A program made the translations under genes and the position numbers. A stretch of DNA of 64,000 nt, taken from assembly GCA_965116905.1 (NCBI GenBank), contig OZ220732.1, positions 3,072,001 to 3,136,000 of the forward strand, written 5' to 3'. This stretch comes from Longimicrobiales bacterium. GTDB lineage: Bacteria; Gemmatimonadota; Gemmatimonadetes; Longimicrobiales; Gaopeijiaceae. The notes under the pieces are model-generated. The model did not search any database. It had not been told where the DNA came from and saw nothing but the letters and a program-made list of their open reading frames with translations. Below, one piece after another: positions 40,534 through 50,754 of this stretch; the stretch's first letter is position 1, and each line of letters begins with the position of its first letter.

Positions 40534-41815
40534 CGTATTCGCCCCGGACGAGGTCGCCGTACTCCTCGCGCCGCCGTGCCAGCGTGGCGCGCCTGCCCTG
40601 CACGAGGACTTCGGCAGGACGGGGCCGCGAGTTGTAGTTGGATGCCATGGTGAAGCCGTAGGCGCCTGCCTGGCGCACGCAGATGAGCGCGCCGGGGGGC
40701 GGCACGGGCAGGCGCCGGTCCCGTGCGAGGAAGTCGCCCTGTTCACACACGGGCCCCACGATGTCCACGCGCTCGACGACGCCCTTGTCGCCGTCGCGCA
40801 CCACCGAGATCGCATGGACGCCGCCGTAGTGGCTCGGGCGTATCAGCTCGGTCATCCCCGCGTCCGTGATCACGAACGTCTTGCCTCCGCTTCGTTTGAG
40901 GTACAGGACCCGCGTGAGCAGCGCCCCCGCGTCGCCGACCAGGAAGCGCCCCGGTTCCAGGATCAGTTTGAGTGTACGGCCCTCGAGGCGGGCGGCCACG
41001 CCCTCGGCAAGCACGTGTACGTCGAGTGCCCCGGCTTCGCCATCGGCGATTCCGAAGCCGCCGCCGAGGTCGACGTAGCGGAGGCGCACCCCGCAATCCG
41101 CGCGCACCCTGTCGGCAACCTCGAGCACCACATCGAGCGCGGCCAGAAAGGGACCCGGTTCGCGAATCTGGGAGCCGATGTGGACATTGACGCCGACCGG
41201 ACTCAACCCCGGTTGCTCCGCGATGGCTCCGTACAGATCCACGGCCTCGTCGGCAGACACGCCGAACTTGGCGGACGCGTGGCCGGTGCGGGTGAACTCG
41301 TGCGTGGGGCTGTGCACGTCCGGATTGACCCGGACGGCGACCGGGGCGGTGACGCCGGCCTCCCGCGCCACATCGCCGAGCGCGGCGAGTTCCTGTGCGC
41401 TCTCGACGTGGAACGCCATGATGCCCTGTTCGAGCGCGTAGCGCATCTCGTCCCGGGTCTTCCCCACCCCGGCGAAGACGACGCGCGCCGGGTCGATGCC
41501 TGCGCGCCGGGTACGGTACAGCTCTCCGCCGCTGACGATGTCGGCTCCGGCGCCCGCCTGCGCGAGCAGCCGCAGCACCGCCAGATTCGGATTCGCCTTG
41601 ACCGAGTATGCGATCAGCAGATCCACGCCGGCGAAGGCGTCCCGCACCGCGTGGAAGCATTCCAGGATGCGGTCGCCGTTGTATACGTAGAGCGGCGTTC
41701 CGAATTCCTGCGCGAGGCCATCCAGCGACAAATGGCCGCAGCGCAGCACGCCGTCGCGGCGCGGGAAGGCCGCGTCGGCAGACGCCCCGTCCGGGGACGC
41801 CGGCTTCGCCCGCAT
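40526..41815 (-). CDS. lysA: Diaminopimelate decarboxylase
   Basis: GTPLYVY, YSVKAN (PLP Lys), [52 protein letters not shown]. Confidence 0.96.
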   Translation of the reverse strand: MRAKPASPDGASADAAFPRRDGVLRCGHLSLDGLAQEFGTPLYVYNGDRILECFHAVRDAFAGVDLLIAYSVKANPNLAVLRLLAQAGAGADIVSGGELYRTRRAGIDPARVVFAGVGKTRDEMRYALEQGIMAFHVESAQELAALGDVAREAGVTAPVAVRVNPDVHSPTHEFTRTGHASAKFGVSADEAVDLYGAIAEQPGLSPVGVNVHIGSQIREPGPFLAALDVVLEVADRVRADCGVRLRYVDLGGGFGIADGEAGALDVHVLAEGVAARLEGRTLKLILEPGRFLVGDAGALLTRVLYLKRSGGKTFVITDAGMTELIRPSHYGGVHAISVVRDGDKGVVERVDIVGPVCEQGDFLARDRRLPVPPPGALICVRQAGAYGFTMASNYNSRPRPAEVLVQGRRATLARRREEYGDLVRGEYDD

Positions 41816-41820
41816 GGCCT

Positions 41821-43293
41821 TCAATAGGCCCGTGCCCACACCACCTCCATGGACGCAGCGCCGCCGCCGACACACCTCGTCGGGGCCGTATCGGACCGGA
41901 ATTCCCGCGATGGGATGACGCGGATCGTCGCCTTCGTCTCGTCCTTGACCCTGTCCTCGACGCCGGAGTCGCCGCTCCAACCCGAGTAGACGAATCCCGC
42001 GCCCTCGTCCAGCAGGTCCCCCAGTTCACCCACCGACGAGACCTCGCCCCGGTAGGTCGCCGCGTCGCGGCGGGCGCGCGCCGCGGCCAGGAGCTGCCGC
42101 TGCAGGTCCTCGAGACGGTCCTCGATGCCGCCGACCGCAACCGCCTCGGGCAGAGGCTCCTTGCGCGCCTCGCCATCGGCCGACACGCGGCGGACGACGA
42201 CCACCTCCTCCTTCTCCACGTCGCGCGGACCGATTTCGATCCGGAGGGGAACGCCCTTGCGCTCCCACCCGAAGAACTTGGCGCCCGGGGACAGGTGCCG
42301 CCGCTCGTCGGCCACCGCCCGAACCCCCTTGCCGTTCAGCGCCGCCGCGATCCCGCGGGCCTTCTCGGCCACGACCGCCCACTGCTCGTCGCTTCTGCCG
42401 ATGGGCAGCACCACCACCTGGGTGGGAGCCAGCTTCGGAGGGAGCACCACGCCGACGTCGTCGCCGTGGGTCATCACCAGGCCGCCGACGAGCCGCGTGG
42501 ATACGCCCCAGGAGGTGTTCCAGGCATACTCCTCCCTGCCCTCTTCGCTCTGGAAGGTGAGTCCGAACTGACGCGAGAAGTTCTGTCCAAGCATGTGCGA
42601 CGTCCCGGCCTGGAGCGCCTTGCCGTCCTGCATCAGCGCCTCGCACGCGTAGCTGCGCACGGCGCCCGCAAACTTCTCGGCCTCCGACTTGAGTCCGGTG
42701 ATCGCGGGCATGGCCATCCACTCCTCCATGAAGGTCCGGTAGACCTCGAGAATGGTGCGGGCCTCCTCTTCGGCCTCGGGTTCGGTCGCATGGGCGGTGT
42801 GGCCCTCCTGCCACAGGAACTCGGCGGTTCTCAGGAAGAGCCGGGTCCGGAGTTCCCACCGCATCACGTTGGCCCACTGGTTGAGCAGGACCGGCAGGTC
42901 CCGGTAGCTCTGGACCCATTTCGCGTACATCGAGTAGATGATCGTCTCGGACGTCGGACGGATCACGTAGGGTTCTTCCAGCTCCTTGCCGCCCGCGTGG
43001 GTCACCACCGCCAATTCGGGCTTGAACCCTTCGACGTGCTCCTTCTCGCGTTCGATGAAGCTCATGGGAATGAGGAGCGGGAAGTAGGCGTTCTGGTGTC
43101 CGGTCGCCTTGAACATGTCGTCCAGGGCCCGCTGCATGTTCTCCCAGATGCCATAGCCCCAGGGCCGGATCACCATGCTCCCGCGCACCGGGGAGTAGTC
43201 CGCCAGTTCGGCCTGCTGAACGACTTCGTTGTACCAGGCGCTGAAGTCCTCGGCCCTTGGAGTGAGCCCCTTCCCCCTCTGTCGTTTTGTCAT
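41821..43293 (-). CDS. proS: Proline--tRNA ligase, archaeal/eukaryote-like short type
   Basis: EDFSAWYNEVV, HVEGFKPEL, IRPTSET, NQWANVMRWE, EFLWQEGHT, QAGTSHMLGQNF, SWGVSTR, C-terminal ARAY. Confidence 0.96.
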   Translation of the reverse strand: MTKRQRGKGLTPRAEDFSAWYNEVVQQAELADYSPVRGSMVIRPWGYGIWENMQRALDDMFKATGHQNAYFPLLIPMSFIEREKEHVEGFKPELAVVTHAGGKELEEPYVIRPTSETIIYSMYAKWVQSYRDLPVLLNQWANVMRWELRTRLFLRTAEFLWQEGHTAHATEPEAEEEARTILEVYRTFMEEWMAMPAITGLKSEAEKFAGAVRSYACEALMQDGKALQAGTSHMLGQNFSRQFGLTFQSEEGREEYAWNTSWGVSTRLVGGLVMTHGDDVGVVLPPKLAPTQVVVLPIGRSDEQWAVVAEKARGIAAALNGKGVRAVADERRHLSPGAKFFGWERKGVPLRIEIGPRDVEKEEVVVVRRVSADGEARKEPLPEAVAVGGIEDRLEDLQRQLLAAARARRDAATYRGEVSSVGELGDLLDEGAGFVYSGWSGDSGVEDRVKDETKATIRVIPSREFRSDTAPTRCVGGGAASMEVVWARAY

Positions 43294-43652
43294 CTGCCTC
43301 CGCCCCCTCCGGGCGCGTCGTCGCCGGGTTCCCCCTGTTTGTGTCCGTTCGAACGCTGGCGCCGGTCCATGGCCCACGCCACCACTCCCGGCACTCCGAA
43401 GAGCAGGATGGACGCGGTCAGCCACGTGGTCCGAAACGGCCATCCGAATGCGCCGCGACCCAGATACGCGGCGAGCCAGCCTCCCAGAACTGCCGCAACC
43501 GCCGCGGCTCCCAGCAGGATCGCCTCGAGAAGGTTGAGGCGGCGAATCGCACGGCTCATCACCTGCCGCACCACGCGCATGTCCTCCTGGGAGGCTTGCC
43601 GCCGCTTGCCCCGTGGCCGCTTGCCCCGTGGCCGCTTGTTCCGGGGTTTCAC
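43290..43652 (-). CDS. Hypothetical two-TM membrane protein
   Basis: Two hydrophobic segments; 4-nt overlaps with hisS and proS; N-terminal KRPRG 15-bp repeat at 43601-43638. Confidence 0.7.
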   Translation of the reverse strand: MKPRNKRPRGKRPRGKRRQASQEDMRVVRQVMSRAIRRLNLLEAILLGAAAVAAVLGGWLAAYLGRGAFGWPFRTTWLTASILLFGVPGVVAWAMDRRQRSNGHKQGEPGDDAPGGGGGR

Positions 43653-44956
43653 GTCTCCCCCAGCCCGATGCCGTGCTCGAACAGCGACTCGAGCGACCGC
43701 GTGTCCTGGGCGCCGGTCTCGAGATCGCGCACCGTCGCCGACGCGGATGCCGCCTCGTCCGGACCGATGATCACCGCGTACGCGGCACCGGCCCGATTGG
43801 CCTCCCTCAGCTGCTTGCCCAGTCCCCGGGACCGGAGCGAGTACATCACGCGGTGCCCGGATTCCCTCAGCCGGTGGCCAACGGACATGCCCAGGGCGCG
43901 AGCCTCGTCACCGACCCACACGATGTAGCAGTCACAGGTCCGTGCCGGCGCCGGCACCAGGCCGCGGTCGCGCAGAAGTTCGGCGAGCACCACGTCGCCC
44001 ATCCCGAATCCCACCGCCGGCAGCGGCTCGCCCCCGACCAGCTCCAGGAGCCGATCGTAGCGCCCGCCGCCGCAGATCGCGCGAAGCTCCCCTGCGCGGT
44101 CGAACAGTTCGAAAACGATCCCTGTGTAGTAGGCCAGACCCCGCACGACCGTGAAGTCGAACTGCACGTATCCGCCCAGCCCCATCGCGTCGAGGATGGC
44201 CCGGTACTCGTCCAGCGGCCGCATGGCCTCGAGCACCTCGGGCGCGCCCGCGAACCGCTCCTCCATGGATTCCCACGTACCGTCCGCGATCAGGCCGCCC
44301 AGCGCTTCCACCGCACTCCGGTCGAGGCCGAGGGCCCGCAAGTTCGCGTGCGTCGCCTTCGCCCCTGCCCGTCCCGCCTTGTCGATGACCGCGAGGCAAT
44401 CCGCGTGCCGGTCTGCATCGATCCCGACCGCAGTCAGCACGCGGGCGACGAGCCGCCTGTCGTTTACCCGGGCGACGAAGTCGTCCTCCTGCAGTCCGAG
44501 ACCCCGCACCGCGTCCACGGCGACGGCCAGGACCTCGGCGTCGGCGGCCACCCCGCTCTCGCCCACGATGTCCACGTTGAGCTGGAAGTGTTCTCTCAGG
44601 CGGCCGCGCTGGCTCCTCTCGTACCGGAACAGCTGGGGCAGCGAAAACCAGCGGATCGGCTTGGGCATCCCGCGGCTGCGTTCGGCCAGGATCCTGGCCA
44701 GCGTCGGCGTCATTTCGGGCCGGAGCGCCACCCGGCGCCCCCCCTTGTCATCGAAGTTGTAGAGCTGCCCCACGATCTCCTCGCCGCTCTTTTCGACATA
44801 GAGGCCCAGCGGCTCCAGCGGCGGCCCGTCGTACTCGCGAAAGCCGTAGCGCGTGGCAACCCGGCGCCACGTCTCGAAGACATGATTGCGGAGCGCGAGC
44901 TCTCCGGGTGCGAAATCACGGAAGCCGGGGAGCCGGGAGAAGGACTGGGGGGGCAT
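43649..44956 (-). CDS. hisS: Histidine--tRNA ligase
   Basis: LPGFRDF, LRPEMTP, FRYERSQRGRLREHFQ, RGLAYYTG, GGGRYD, AVGFGMG, anticodon-binding domain present. Confidence 0.96.
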   Translation of the reverse strand: MPPQSFSRLPGFRDFAPGELALRNHVFETWRRVATRYGFREYDGPPLEPLGLYVEKSGEEIVGQLYNFDDKGGRRVALRPEMTPTLARILAERSRGMPKPIRWFSLPQLFRYERSQRGRLREHFQLNVDIVGESGVAADAEVLAVAVDAVRGLGLQEDDFVARVNDRRLVARVLTAVGIDADRHADCLAVIDKAGRAGAKATHANLRALGLDRSAVEALGGLIADGTWESMEERFAGAPEVLEAMRPLDEYRAILDAMGLGGYVQFDFTVVRGLAYYTGIVFELFDRAGELRAICGGGRYDRLLELVGGEPLPAVGFGMGDVVLAELLRDRGLVPAPARTCDCYIVWVGDEARALGMSVGHRLRESGHRVMYSLRSRGLGKQLREANRAGAAYAVIIGPDEAASASATVRDLETGAQDTRSLESLFEHGIGLGET

Positions 44957-44964
44957 GGGTTGCG

Positions 44965-44992
44965 AATCTAATCGGCAAGGTCGGGAATTCAA
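44965..44992 (-). promoter_or_regulatory. Putative promoter of hisS (near-leaderless)
   Basis: TTGAAT-N16-TAGATT, 8 nt before the ATG, no SD sequence. Confidence 0.5.
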
Positions 44993-46332
44993 TCCTGAAC
45001 GCCCGGCGACAGGGGTTCGGCGGGGTCGTTTCCCCCGGCGAACGGATCGACCCCGAGTACCTCGAGAACGTCGCCCACGGTATGACACGAGCCGGTGACC
45101 ACCACCGTGCCGCCGCGCGAAAGCGTCTCCGCCCGCCCGACCGCGCGGGCCAGGTCCTCCTCGACCTCGATGGGCACGCCGCCCCGCACCAGCTTCGCCA
45201 CCGCGCGCGGGTTCCAGAGCCTGTTCCGGGGCGCCGAGCCGGGGATCGTGAAGACGACGCGATCCGCCAGGTCGACCAGGGGCGGCAGCATGCGCGACCA
45301 GTCCTTGTCCCCGAGTATTCCCGCCAGGACCACCAGGGGACGGGGGGGCGCGAGGTCCGCCAGCGTGCGCACGAGGGCGGCGACGGCAGCCCGGTTATGT
45401 GCGACGTCGAATACGAAGAGCCGTTCGCCGATCCGGTGAATCTGGCCCCGGCCGGGCCACCGCACTCCGGCAACGCCCTTGCGGACGGTGTCGGACGCAG
45501 GCGGCCGCTCGACGAGTTCCAGGGCCCGAATGGCAAGGGCGGCGTTGGTGGCCTGATGCGCTCCAGGCAGCGGGGTCTCGAGCTCCAGGTCACCCCAGCT
45601 GCGGGTGCGCAGCCTGAAACGCGTACCGCCGCGCCCGAGCCGCAGAGCGGACACGTCCCTCCATGGCTCGACCGCGTGGAATGGCGCCCCGACTACGCGC
45701 GCCCGCTCGCTGAGCACGCCCACCACGCCGGGACGTCCTTCGGCGGTCACCACAGGCACGCCGGGCTTGATGATTCCCGCCTTCTCGCGGGCGATGTCCA
45801 CAAGCGAATCCCCGAGGTATTCCTGGTGGTCCAGTGCGACGTTGGTGATGGCGGTGACCTCGGGTGTGATCACGTTGGTCGCGTCCAGGCGTCCGCCGAG
45901 GCCTACCTCGATGCTGGCGTATTCCACTTCGTCCTCGGCGAACATGACCAGCGCAAGAAGGGTGCAGGCCTCGAACAGGGACATGCCCAGCTCTCGCACG
46001 AGAGGCCTCACGCGGTGGGCGCCCTCCTCAAGGCGAGCAGCGCCGAGGGGGACGCCGTCGACCATGATGCGTTCCCGAAACGAGCGCAGGTGCGGAGACG
46101 TGTAGAGTCCGACCCGCGCCCCGCTTTCCTGTAACACGGAGGCCCAGGTCGATGCCACGGAACCCTTGCCGTTGGTGCCGCCGACATGCATGCAGCGGTA
46201 GCGGCGATGCGGGTTGCCCACCTCCGCGAGCGCGGCCTCCATGCGGGCGAGCCCCCACTCGACCGCGCTCGAGACCCCGGGGAAGAGCGAGTCCAGCGTT
46301 GGATCGCGGTGGTTCAGCCCCAGGGCCGCCAC
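44989..46332 (-). CDS. folC: Bifunctional folylpolyglutamate synthase/dihydrofolate synthase; start approximate
   Basis: HVGGTNGKGS, YTSPHL..FRERI, EVGLGGRLDATN, EKAGIIKPG, HQATNAALA, WPGR, DVAHN. Confidence 0.95.
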   Translation of the reverse strand: MAALGLNHRDPTLDSLFPGVSSAVEWGLARMEAALAEVGNPHRRYRCMHVGGTNGKGSVASTWASVLQESGARVGLYTSPHLRSFRERIMVDGVPLGAARLEEGAHRVRPLVRELGMSLFEACTLLALVMFAEDEVEYASIEVGLGGRLDATNVITPEVTAITNVALDHQEYLGDSLVDIAREKAGIIKPGVPVVTAEGRPGVVGVLSERARVVGAPFHAVEPWRDVSALRLGRGGTRFRLRTRSWGDLELETPLPGAHQATNAALAIRALELVERPPASDTVRKGVAGVRWPGRGQIHRIGERLFVFDVAHNRAAVAALVRTLADLAPPRPLVVLAGILGDKDWSRMLPPLVDLADRVVFTIPGSAPRNRLWNPRAVAKLVRGGVPIEVEEDLARAVGRAETLSRGGTVVVTGSCHTVGDVLEVLGVDPFAGGNDPAEPLSPGVQD

Positions 46333-47171
46333 CCTTCGCGCATATGGCGGAGCAGTTGGGCGACCGCGCCCTTGAGTTCCCGCCGGTCGACCACGCGGTC
46401 CACCATCCCGTGCTCCTCCAGGAACTCGGCGCTCTGGAATCCGGGGGGCAGCGCCTGCTTGATGGTCTCGCCGATGACGCGGGGCCCCGCGAAGCCGATG
46501 AGGGCGCCGGGTTCGGCCAGGTTGACGTCGCCGAGCATGGCGTACGACGCGGTCACGCCTCCTGTCGTCGGGTCGGTGAGGACCGAGATGTACGGGAGGC
46601 CGCGCTCGTGGAGCCGCGCGAGCACCGCGGAGGTCTTCGCCATTTGCATGAGCGAGAAGATCCCTTCCATCATGCGCGCGCCACCGGATGCGCTGACGAC
46701 GACCAGCGGAAGATCTCCTTCCAGCGCGTCCCTGCCCGCACGGGCGATCTTCTCCCCGACGACGGACCCCATCGATCCCCCGATGAAGCTGAAGTCCATC
46801 ACCGCCAGCACGACCGGGATTCCCTCGATGCGACCCCGGCCGGTGATCACGGCTTCGTTGCGTCCCGTCTTCCGCCGGGCGGCCTCCAGCCGGCCCGGAT
46901 ACGGCTTGAGATCGGAGAATCCAAGAGGATCGCCGCTCGTCATCCCCTCGTTCGCCTCCTCGAAGGAACCGGGATCCGTCAGGACCTCGAGGTAGCGGCC
47001 CGCGGAGATGCGGAAGTGATTGCCGCATTCGGGACACACGCCAAGGTTCCGAGCGAGGCGCTCACCGTAGAGGATTTCCCCGCAGCCGTCGCACTTCTCG
47101 AACACGTCGGACGGCAGATCGCGGCGGTCCTCCGCGGTGAGCGGTTTCTTCTTCTTCTGGAACCAGGCCAA
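46314..47171 (-). CDS. accD: Acetyl-CoA carboxylase carboxyltransferase beta subunit
   Basis: CDGC..CPEC zinc finger, DFSFIGGSMGSVVGEK, SGGARMMEG, DPTTGGVTAS, IGFAGPRVI. Confidence 0.97.
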   Translation of the reverse strand: MAWFQKKKKPLTAEDRRDLPSDVFEKCDGCGEILYGERLARNLGVCPECGNHFRISAGRYLEVLTDPGSFEEANEGMTSGDPLGFSDLKPYPGRLEAARRKTGRNEAVITGRGRIEGIPVVLAVMDFSFIGGSMGSVVGEKIARAGRDALEGDLPLVVVSASGGARMMEGIFSLMQMAKTSAVLARLHERGLPYISVLTDPTTGGVTASYAMLGDVNLAEPGALIGFAGPRVIGETIKQALPPGFQSAEFLEEHGMVDRVVDRRELKGAVAQLLRHMREGWRPWG

Positions 47172-47207
47172 AGCTGGAGGCCTCGCGTCGGTGGGGCGTT
47201 TCCTGGG

Positions 47208-48446
47208 TCAGGGATCTTCGCTCGCAAGGGCCACGGCAATCGCCGCAGCCGTCCACGACATCAACAGGAACGATCCTCCGTAGCTGATGAACGGAAGAGG
47301 AATCCCGGTGATGGGGACGACGCCAATGGTCATCCCCACGTTGACAAACACATGTGTAAGCCAGATGCCCATAATACCGAAGATGAACAGTCCGGCAAAG
47401 GGGGCGCTGGCGGTTTCCGCCATCCGGATCATGCGAAGGAAGAGATGGCAGAACAGCAGGAGCGTGAGCGACGTGCCCACGAAGCCCAATTCCTCGCCGA
47501 CGACGCTGAAAATGAAATCGGTGTGCTGCTCCGGGAGAAAGGCCAGTCGCTTCTGCGTACCCGCGGTGAAGCCCTTTCCCATCAGTCCGCCGCTCCCCAC
47601 TGCCACCTTCGACTGGATGAGCTGCCAGCCGGCGTTGCGCGGGTCGAGACTGGGGTCGAGGAAGACTAGCAGGCGGTTGCGCTGATACTGAGCCAGCGAA
47701 TTCCACAGCGGCTGCGCCACCGCGCCCGCGGCGACATTGCCCAGAATCACCGTCACCGACTCCACCAGATAGAGACGGAACCTGTAGAGATAGAGCGCGG
47801 CCGCGAGCAGTATGATGTACACCGACCAGACGCCGGCGCTGAACGCCAGAAGGAGGCCGAGCCCGGGAGACGCGGCAAACAGGATCAGGGGCCAGGGCGT
47901 CCCGGCCCAGTAGATGATCGCAAAGAACATCCCGACGAACGCCAGCGCGGTACCCAGGTCCGGCTGAAGGAGAACGAGTACCAGCGGCACGGCAACGAGC
48001 AGCGCGGGCGTAAGGAGGTCTCGCAGGTACCTCGGCGGTTCTTCGCGGCGGGCCAGCAACAGGGCGAGGGCCAGCGCCGTGGTCACCTTCGCCGCCTCGG
48101 CCGGCTGGAAGCGGAACCCTGCAATCGACAGGAAGCTGTTGACGCCCTCTGCGGTGCCCGCGCCCGTGCCCGCGACCAGCGTGACCGCAAGGACGGCGAC
48201 GCCGACGATGTACACGGGCATCGCGAACCACTCGAACCACCGCAGGGGCACTCGCGACAGGATCAGCAGCCCGACGACCGACGCGGCGAGGATGACTGCC
48301 TGGCGCAGCCAGAGGCCTTGTGTGGCCGGACTGGCAACCTCCAGCACACCGGCGGAATAGATCATGGCCACGCCGAACAGCGAGAGGACGAGGACCGCGG
48401 CGGTAAACGGGAGTTGCCGCAGCCACGCCGGCTTCGCCCCGGTCAT
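47208..48446 (-). CDS. rodA: Rod shape-determining protein RodA (SEDS)
   Basis: FQPAEAAK, QPDLGT, YQRNR, QSKVAVGSGG, LPEQHTDFIF, PITGIPLPFISYGGS. Confidence 0.95.
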   Translation of the reverse strand: MTGAKPAWLRQLPFTAAVLVLSLFGVAMIYSAGVLEVASPATQGLWLRQAVILAASVVGLLILSRVPLRWFEWFAMPVYIVGVAVLAVTLVAGTGAGTAEGVNSFLSIAGFRFQPAEAAKVTTALALALLLARREEPPRYLRDLLTPALLVAVPLVLVLLQPDLGTALAFVGMFFAIIYWAGTPWPLILFAASPGLGLLLAFSAGVWSVYIILLAAALYLYRFRLYLVESVTVILGNVAAGAVAQPLWNSLAQYQRNRLLVFLDPSLDPRNAGWQLIQSKVAVGSGGLMGKGFTAGTQKRLAFLPEQHTDFIFSVVGEELGFVGTSLTLLLFCHLFLRMIRMAETASAPFAGLFIFGIMGIWLTHVFVNVGMTIGVVPITGIPLPFISYGGSFLLMSWTAAAIAVALASEDP

Positions 48447-50284
48447 CCCGGTCCCCGCCGGGCCGCCCACGCCGCATTGCGTCCTGCGACCAGGTAGTCC
48501 CTCAGCGTCTGGACGGTATCGCGCGGTATGCCATGCTGGCCGCGCAGGTAGAAATCGGCCGCCTTGGCGACCAGGGGCGCGGCGACGGCCGACCCGCTGC
48601 CCCCGAATTCGACCATCGCCACGAGCACGATCTCGGGCGGACCGCCGAATCGCCCGGCGATGCCGGTAAACCAGGCGTGCTCCGGCTCCTCTCCGCCGTG
48701 TTCGACCGTGCCCGTCTTGCCCAGGAGGTCGAAGTGTTCGAGGGAAGACAGGTGCGCCGTGCCCCCGGGCTGCATGACCCTGCGCATCCCCTCACGGATT
48801 TCCTCCAGATGCTCCGGCCGGATGTCGAGGCGCCATCCCTCTGCCGGCGCGGCTTCCCGGTAGAGAGCGGGAGCCGGCGCCGACCCGTCCCTCGCGATCG
48901 CAAGCAGGAACTGGGCCATCTTGAGGGGGGTCTGATCGTTGGGTCCCTGTCCGATGGCGAGGCTCAGCACCTCGCCCTCCTGCGCCCGATAGCCGAAGCG
49001 CCGCTCCCAGAAATCGACGCTCTCCGGAAAGATCCCCCCCGCCTCTTGCGGCAGGTCGATACCGCACTGGTTGCCGAAGCCCATGCGGTTGCCCACTCCG
49101 AGCATCCTCGTGAGACCGATTCGGAGCCCCAGCTGATAGAAATAGACATTGCACGAGTGCTGGATGGCGCCGGACAGATCGAGGGACCCGTGTCCCTCGG
49201 AGTCCCAGCAGCGGGCCACGCGGTTGCCGTACACGTATGATCCCCGACACGGAACCGGCATGTGCTCGTCCGGGGTCACCACCCCGAGGTCGAGCGCGAT
49301 CGCGGCGGTGACAAGCTTCCAGGGCGACCCCGGGGCGTAGGTCCCCATCACGGCCCGGTGATAGAGCGGGCTCTCGCGGTTGCCGACGAGCCGGCTCCAC
49401 TCGTCGGCATCGACCACCCCCGCAAAAACGTTGGGATCGAAGGCCGGTGCCGAGTAGAGCGCCAGGACTCCGCCCGTCTCGACGTCGAGGGCCACGACGG
49501 CGCCGTTCATGCCCTCGGGGAACGTCCGGTGAATCCACTCCATGAGTTCCAGGTCGAGATTGAGGTCGATATCCTCGCCCGGTACTTCGGCCACACCCCG
49601 CACGCCACCAAACGATCCGACAATCCTCCCCGCTGCGTCCACCTCCACGTAGCGTGTCCCCGCCCGACCCCGAAGCAGCGACTCATAGTGCGACTCGACG
49701 CCCGACCGGCCCACGATCCATCCAGGCTCGGCATCCTCGAACCCGGGGCTTCCCAGTTCCGTCTCGTTGATCTCCCCGACGTACCCGACCACATGCGCCC
49801 CCAGTTGCCCCGCGGGATAGCGCCGCTTGGGACGAGGTTCGATCAGCAGACGCGGAAAGCCCGAGCGCCGCTCCTCGAGCGCGGCCACGGCGTCGAATCG
49901 TGCGTCGCCCGTGACCAGCAGCGGCCGCGGACTCCCGGCCTGGATCTGTTGGGACAGAGATTCAAAACGTTCGGCGCGGACGTCCAGATGCTCCCGCAGC
50001 CGCCGCAATGTCGAGAACATCGAATCCGGCTGATCCGGGACGATGGAGACGGAGTACCCGGGGATGTTCTCCGCCAGCACCCTCCCGTCGCGATCGCGGA
50101 TGATCCCGCGGGGGGCTGGAACGGTCAGCGGCCGCAATCGATTCCGCTCGGACTGCAGGAGCCAGTCCGTGGCGCGCAGGACCTGGGCCCGGAAGAGGAC
50201 GCCGGCAAGGATTCCCAGGAGGACCACGACCCCGATGCGCGCGCGGTTCGCCAGGGCGGAGTGACGGTGACGGGGGCGACTCAT
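48443..50284 (-). CDS. mrdA: Penicillin-binding protein 2
   Basis: N-terminal TM, APRGIIRDRDG, YAPGSPWK (SxxK), SCN (SxN), GKTGT (KTG); sits in the mreBCD-rodA cluster. Confidence 0.95.
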   Translation of the reverse strand: MSRPRHRHSALANRARIGVVVLLGILAGVLFRAQVLRATDWLLQSERNRLRPLTVPAPRGIIRDRDGRVLAENIPGYSVSIVPDQPDSMFSTLRRLREHLDVRAERFESLSQQIQAGSPRPLLVTGDARFDAVAALEERRSGFPRLLIEPRPKRRYPAGQLGAHVVGYVGEINETELGSPGFEDAEPGWIVGRSGVESHYESLLRGRAGTRYVEVDAAGRIVGSFGGVRGVAEVPGEDIDLNLDLELMEWIHRTFPEGMNGAVVALDVETGGVLALYSAPAFDPNVFAGVVDADEWSRLVGNRESPLYHRAVMGTYAPGSPWKLVTAAIALDLGVVTPDEHMPVPCRGSYVYGNRVARCWDSEGHGSLDLSGAIQHSCNVYFYQLGLRIGLTRMLGVGNRMGFGNQCGIDLPQEAGGIFPESVDFWERRFGYRAQEGEVLSLAIGQGPNDQTPLKMAQFLLAIARDGSAPAPALYREAAPAEGWRLDIRPEHLEEIREGMRRVMQPGGTAHLSSLEHFDLLGKTGTVEHGGEEPEHAWFTGIAGRFGGPPEIVLVAMVEFGGSGSAVAAPLVAKAADFYLRGQHGIPRDTVQTLRDYLVAGRNAAWAARRGPG

Positions 50285-50754
50285 GACCTCGTTCCGCCGC
50301 GCATGAACAACAGCCACAGCACGATCCCGACCGACGCGGCGTACAGGGAAAGGAGCCCGGATTCCACAACGAAGCGCTGGTCGAGGTCCGGCCGCACGGC
50401 CGAGTCCGTCACCGCCCACACCAGCGCCTGCCGAACCCAGGCGCCCAGAAGGAAGAAGGTGACCAGAAAGCTCTTCGAATCGCCGACGAACAGGTCGCGG
50501 GACTTCGCTCCCGCGATGCCGAGCATCGTCATGGTCAGGACATTCGATCCGAATGTAGTCATCGAATAGGCGTCCTCAACCAGTCCCAGCAGCATGCCGA
50601 GCGCACCGGCCGAGCGGACATTCATCGACCGGCTGGCCAGCAGAAGCGCCACGACGAAGAAGTCGGGGGCTGTCTTGCCGAAGCCCAGGGCCACATGGAG
50701 CATGAGGTGCAGCAGGATCAGGCCCACCGTCAGGACCACGATCCGAATGGTCAA
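50281..50754 (-). CDS. mreD: Rod shape-determining protein MreD
   Basis: Very hydrophobic 157 aa, APDFF, GLVED..FG; lies between mreC and mrdA. Confidence 0.85.
   Translation of the reverse strand: MTIRIVVLTVGLILLHLMLHVALGFGKTAPDFFVVALLLASRSMNVRSAGALGMLLGLVEDAYSMTTFGSNVLTMTMLGIAGAKSRDLFVGDSKSFLVTFFLLGAWVRQALVWAVTDSAVRPDLDQRFVVESGLLSLYAASVGIVLWLLFMRGGTRS

Noticed and set aside
44989..47037. 682-aa ORF suggesting an AccD-FolC fusion
   Set aside because: The extension is an off-frame shadow over accD with no AccD motifs; accD has its own stop at 46314
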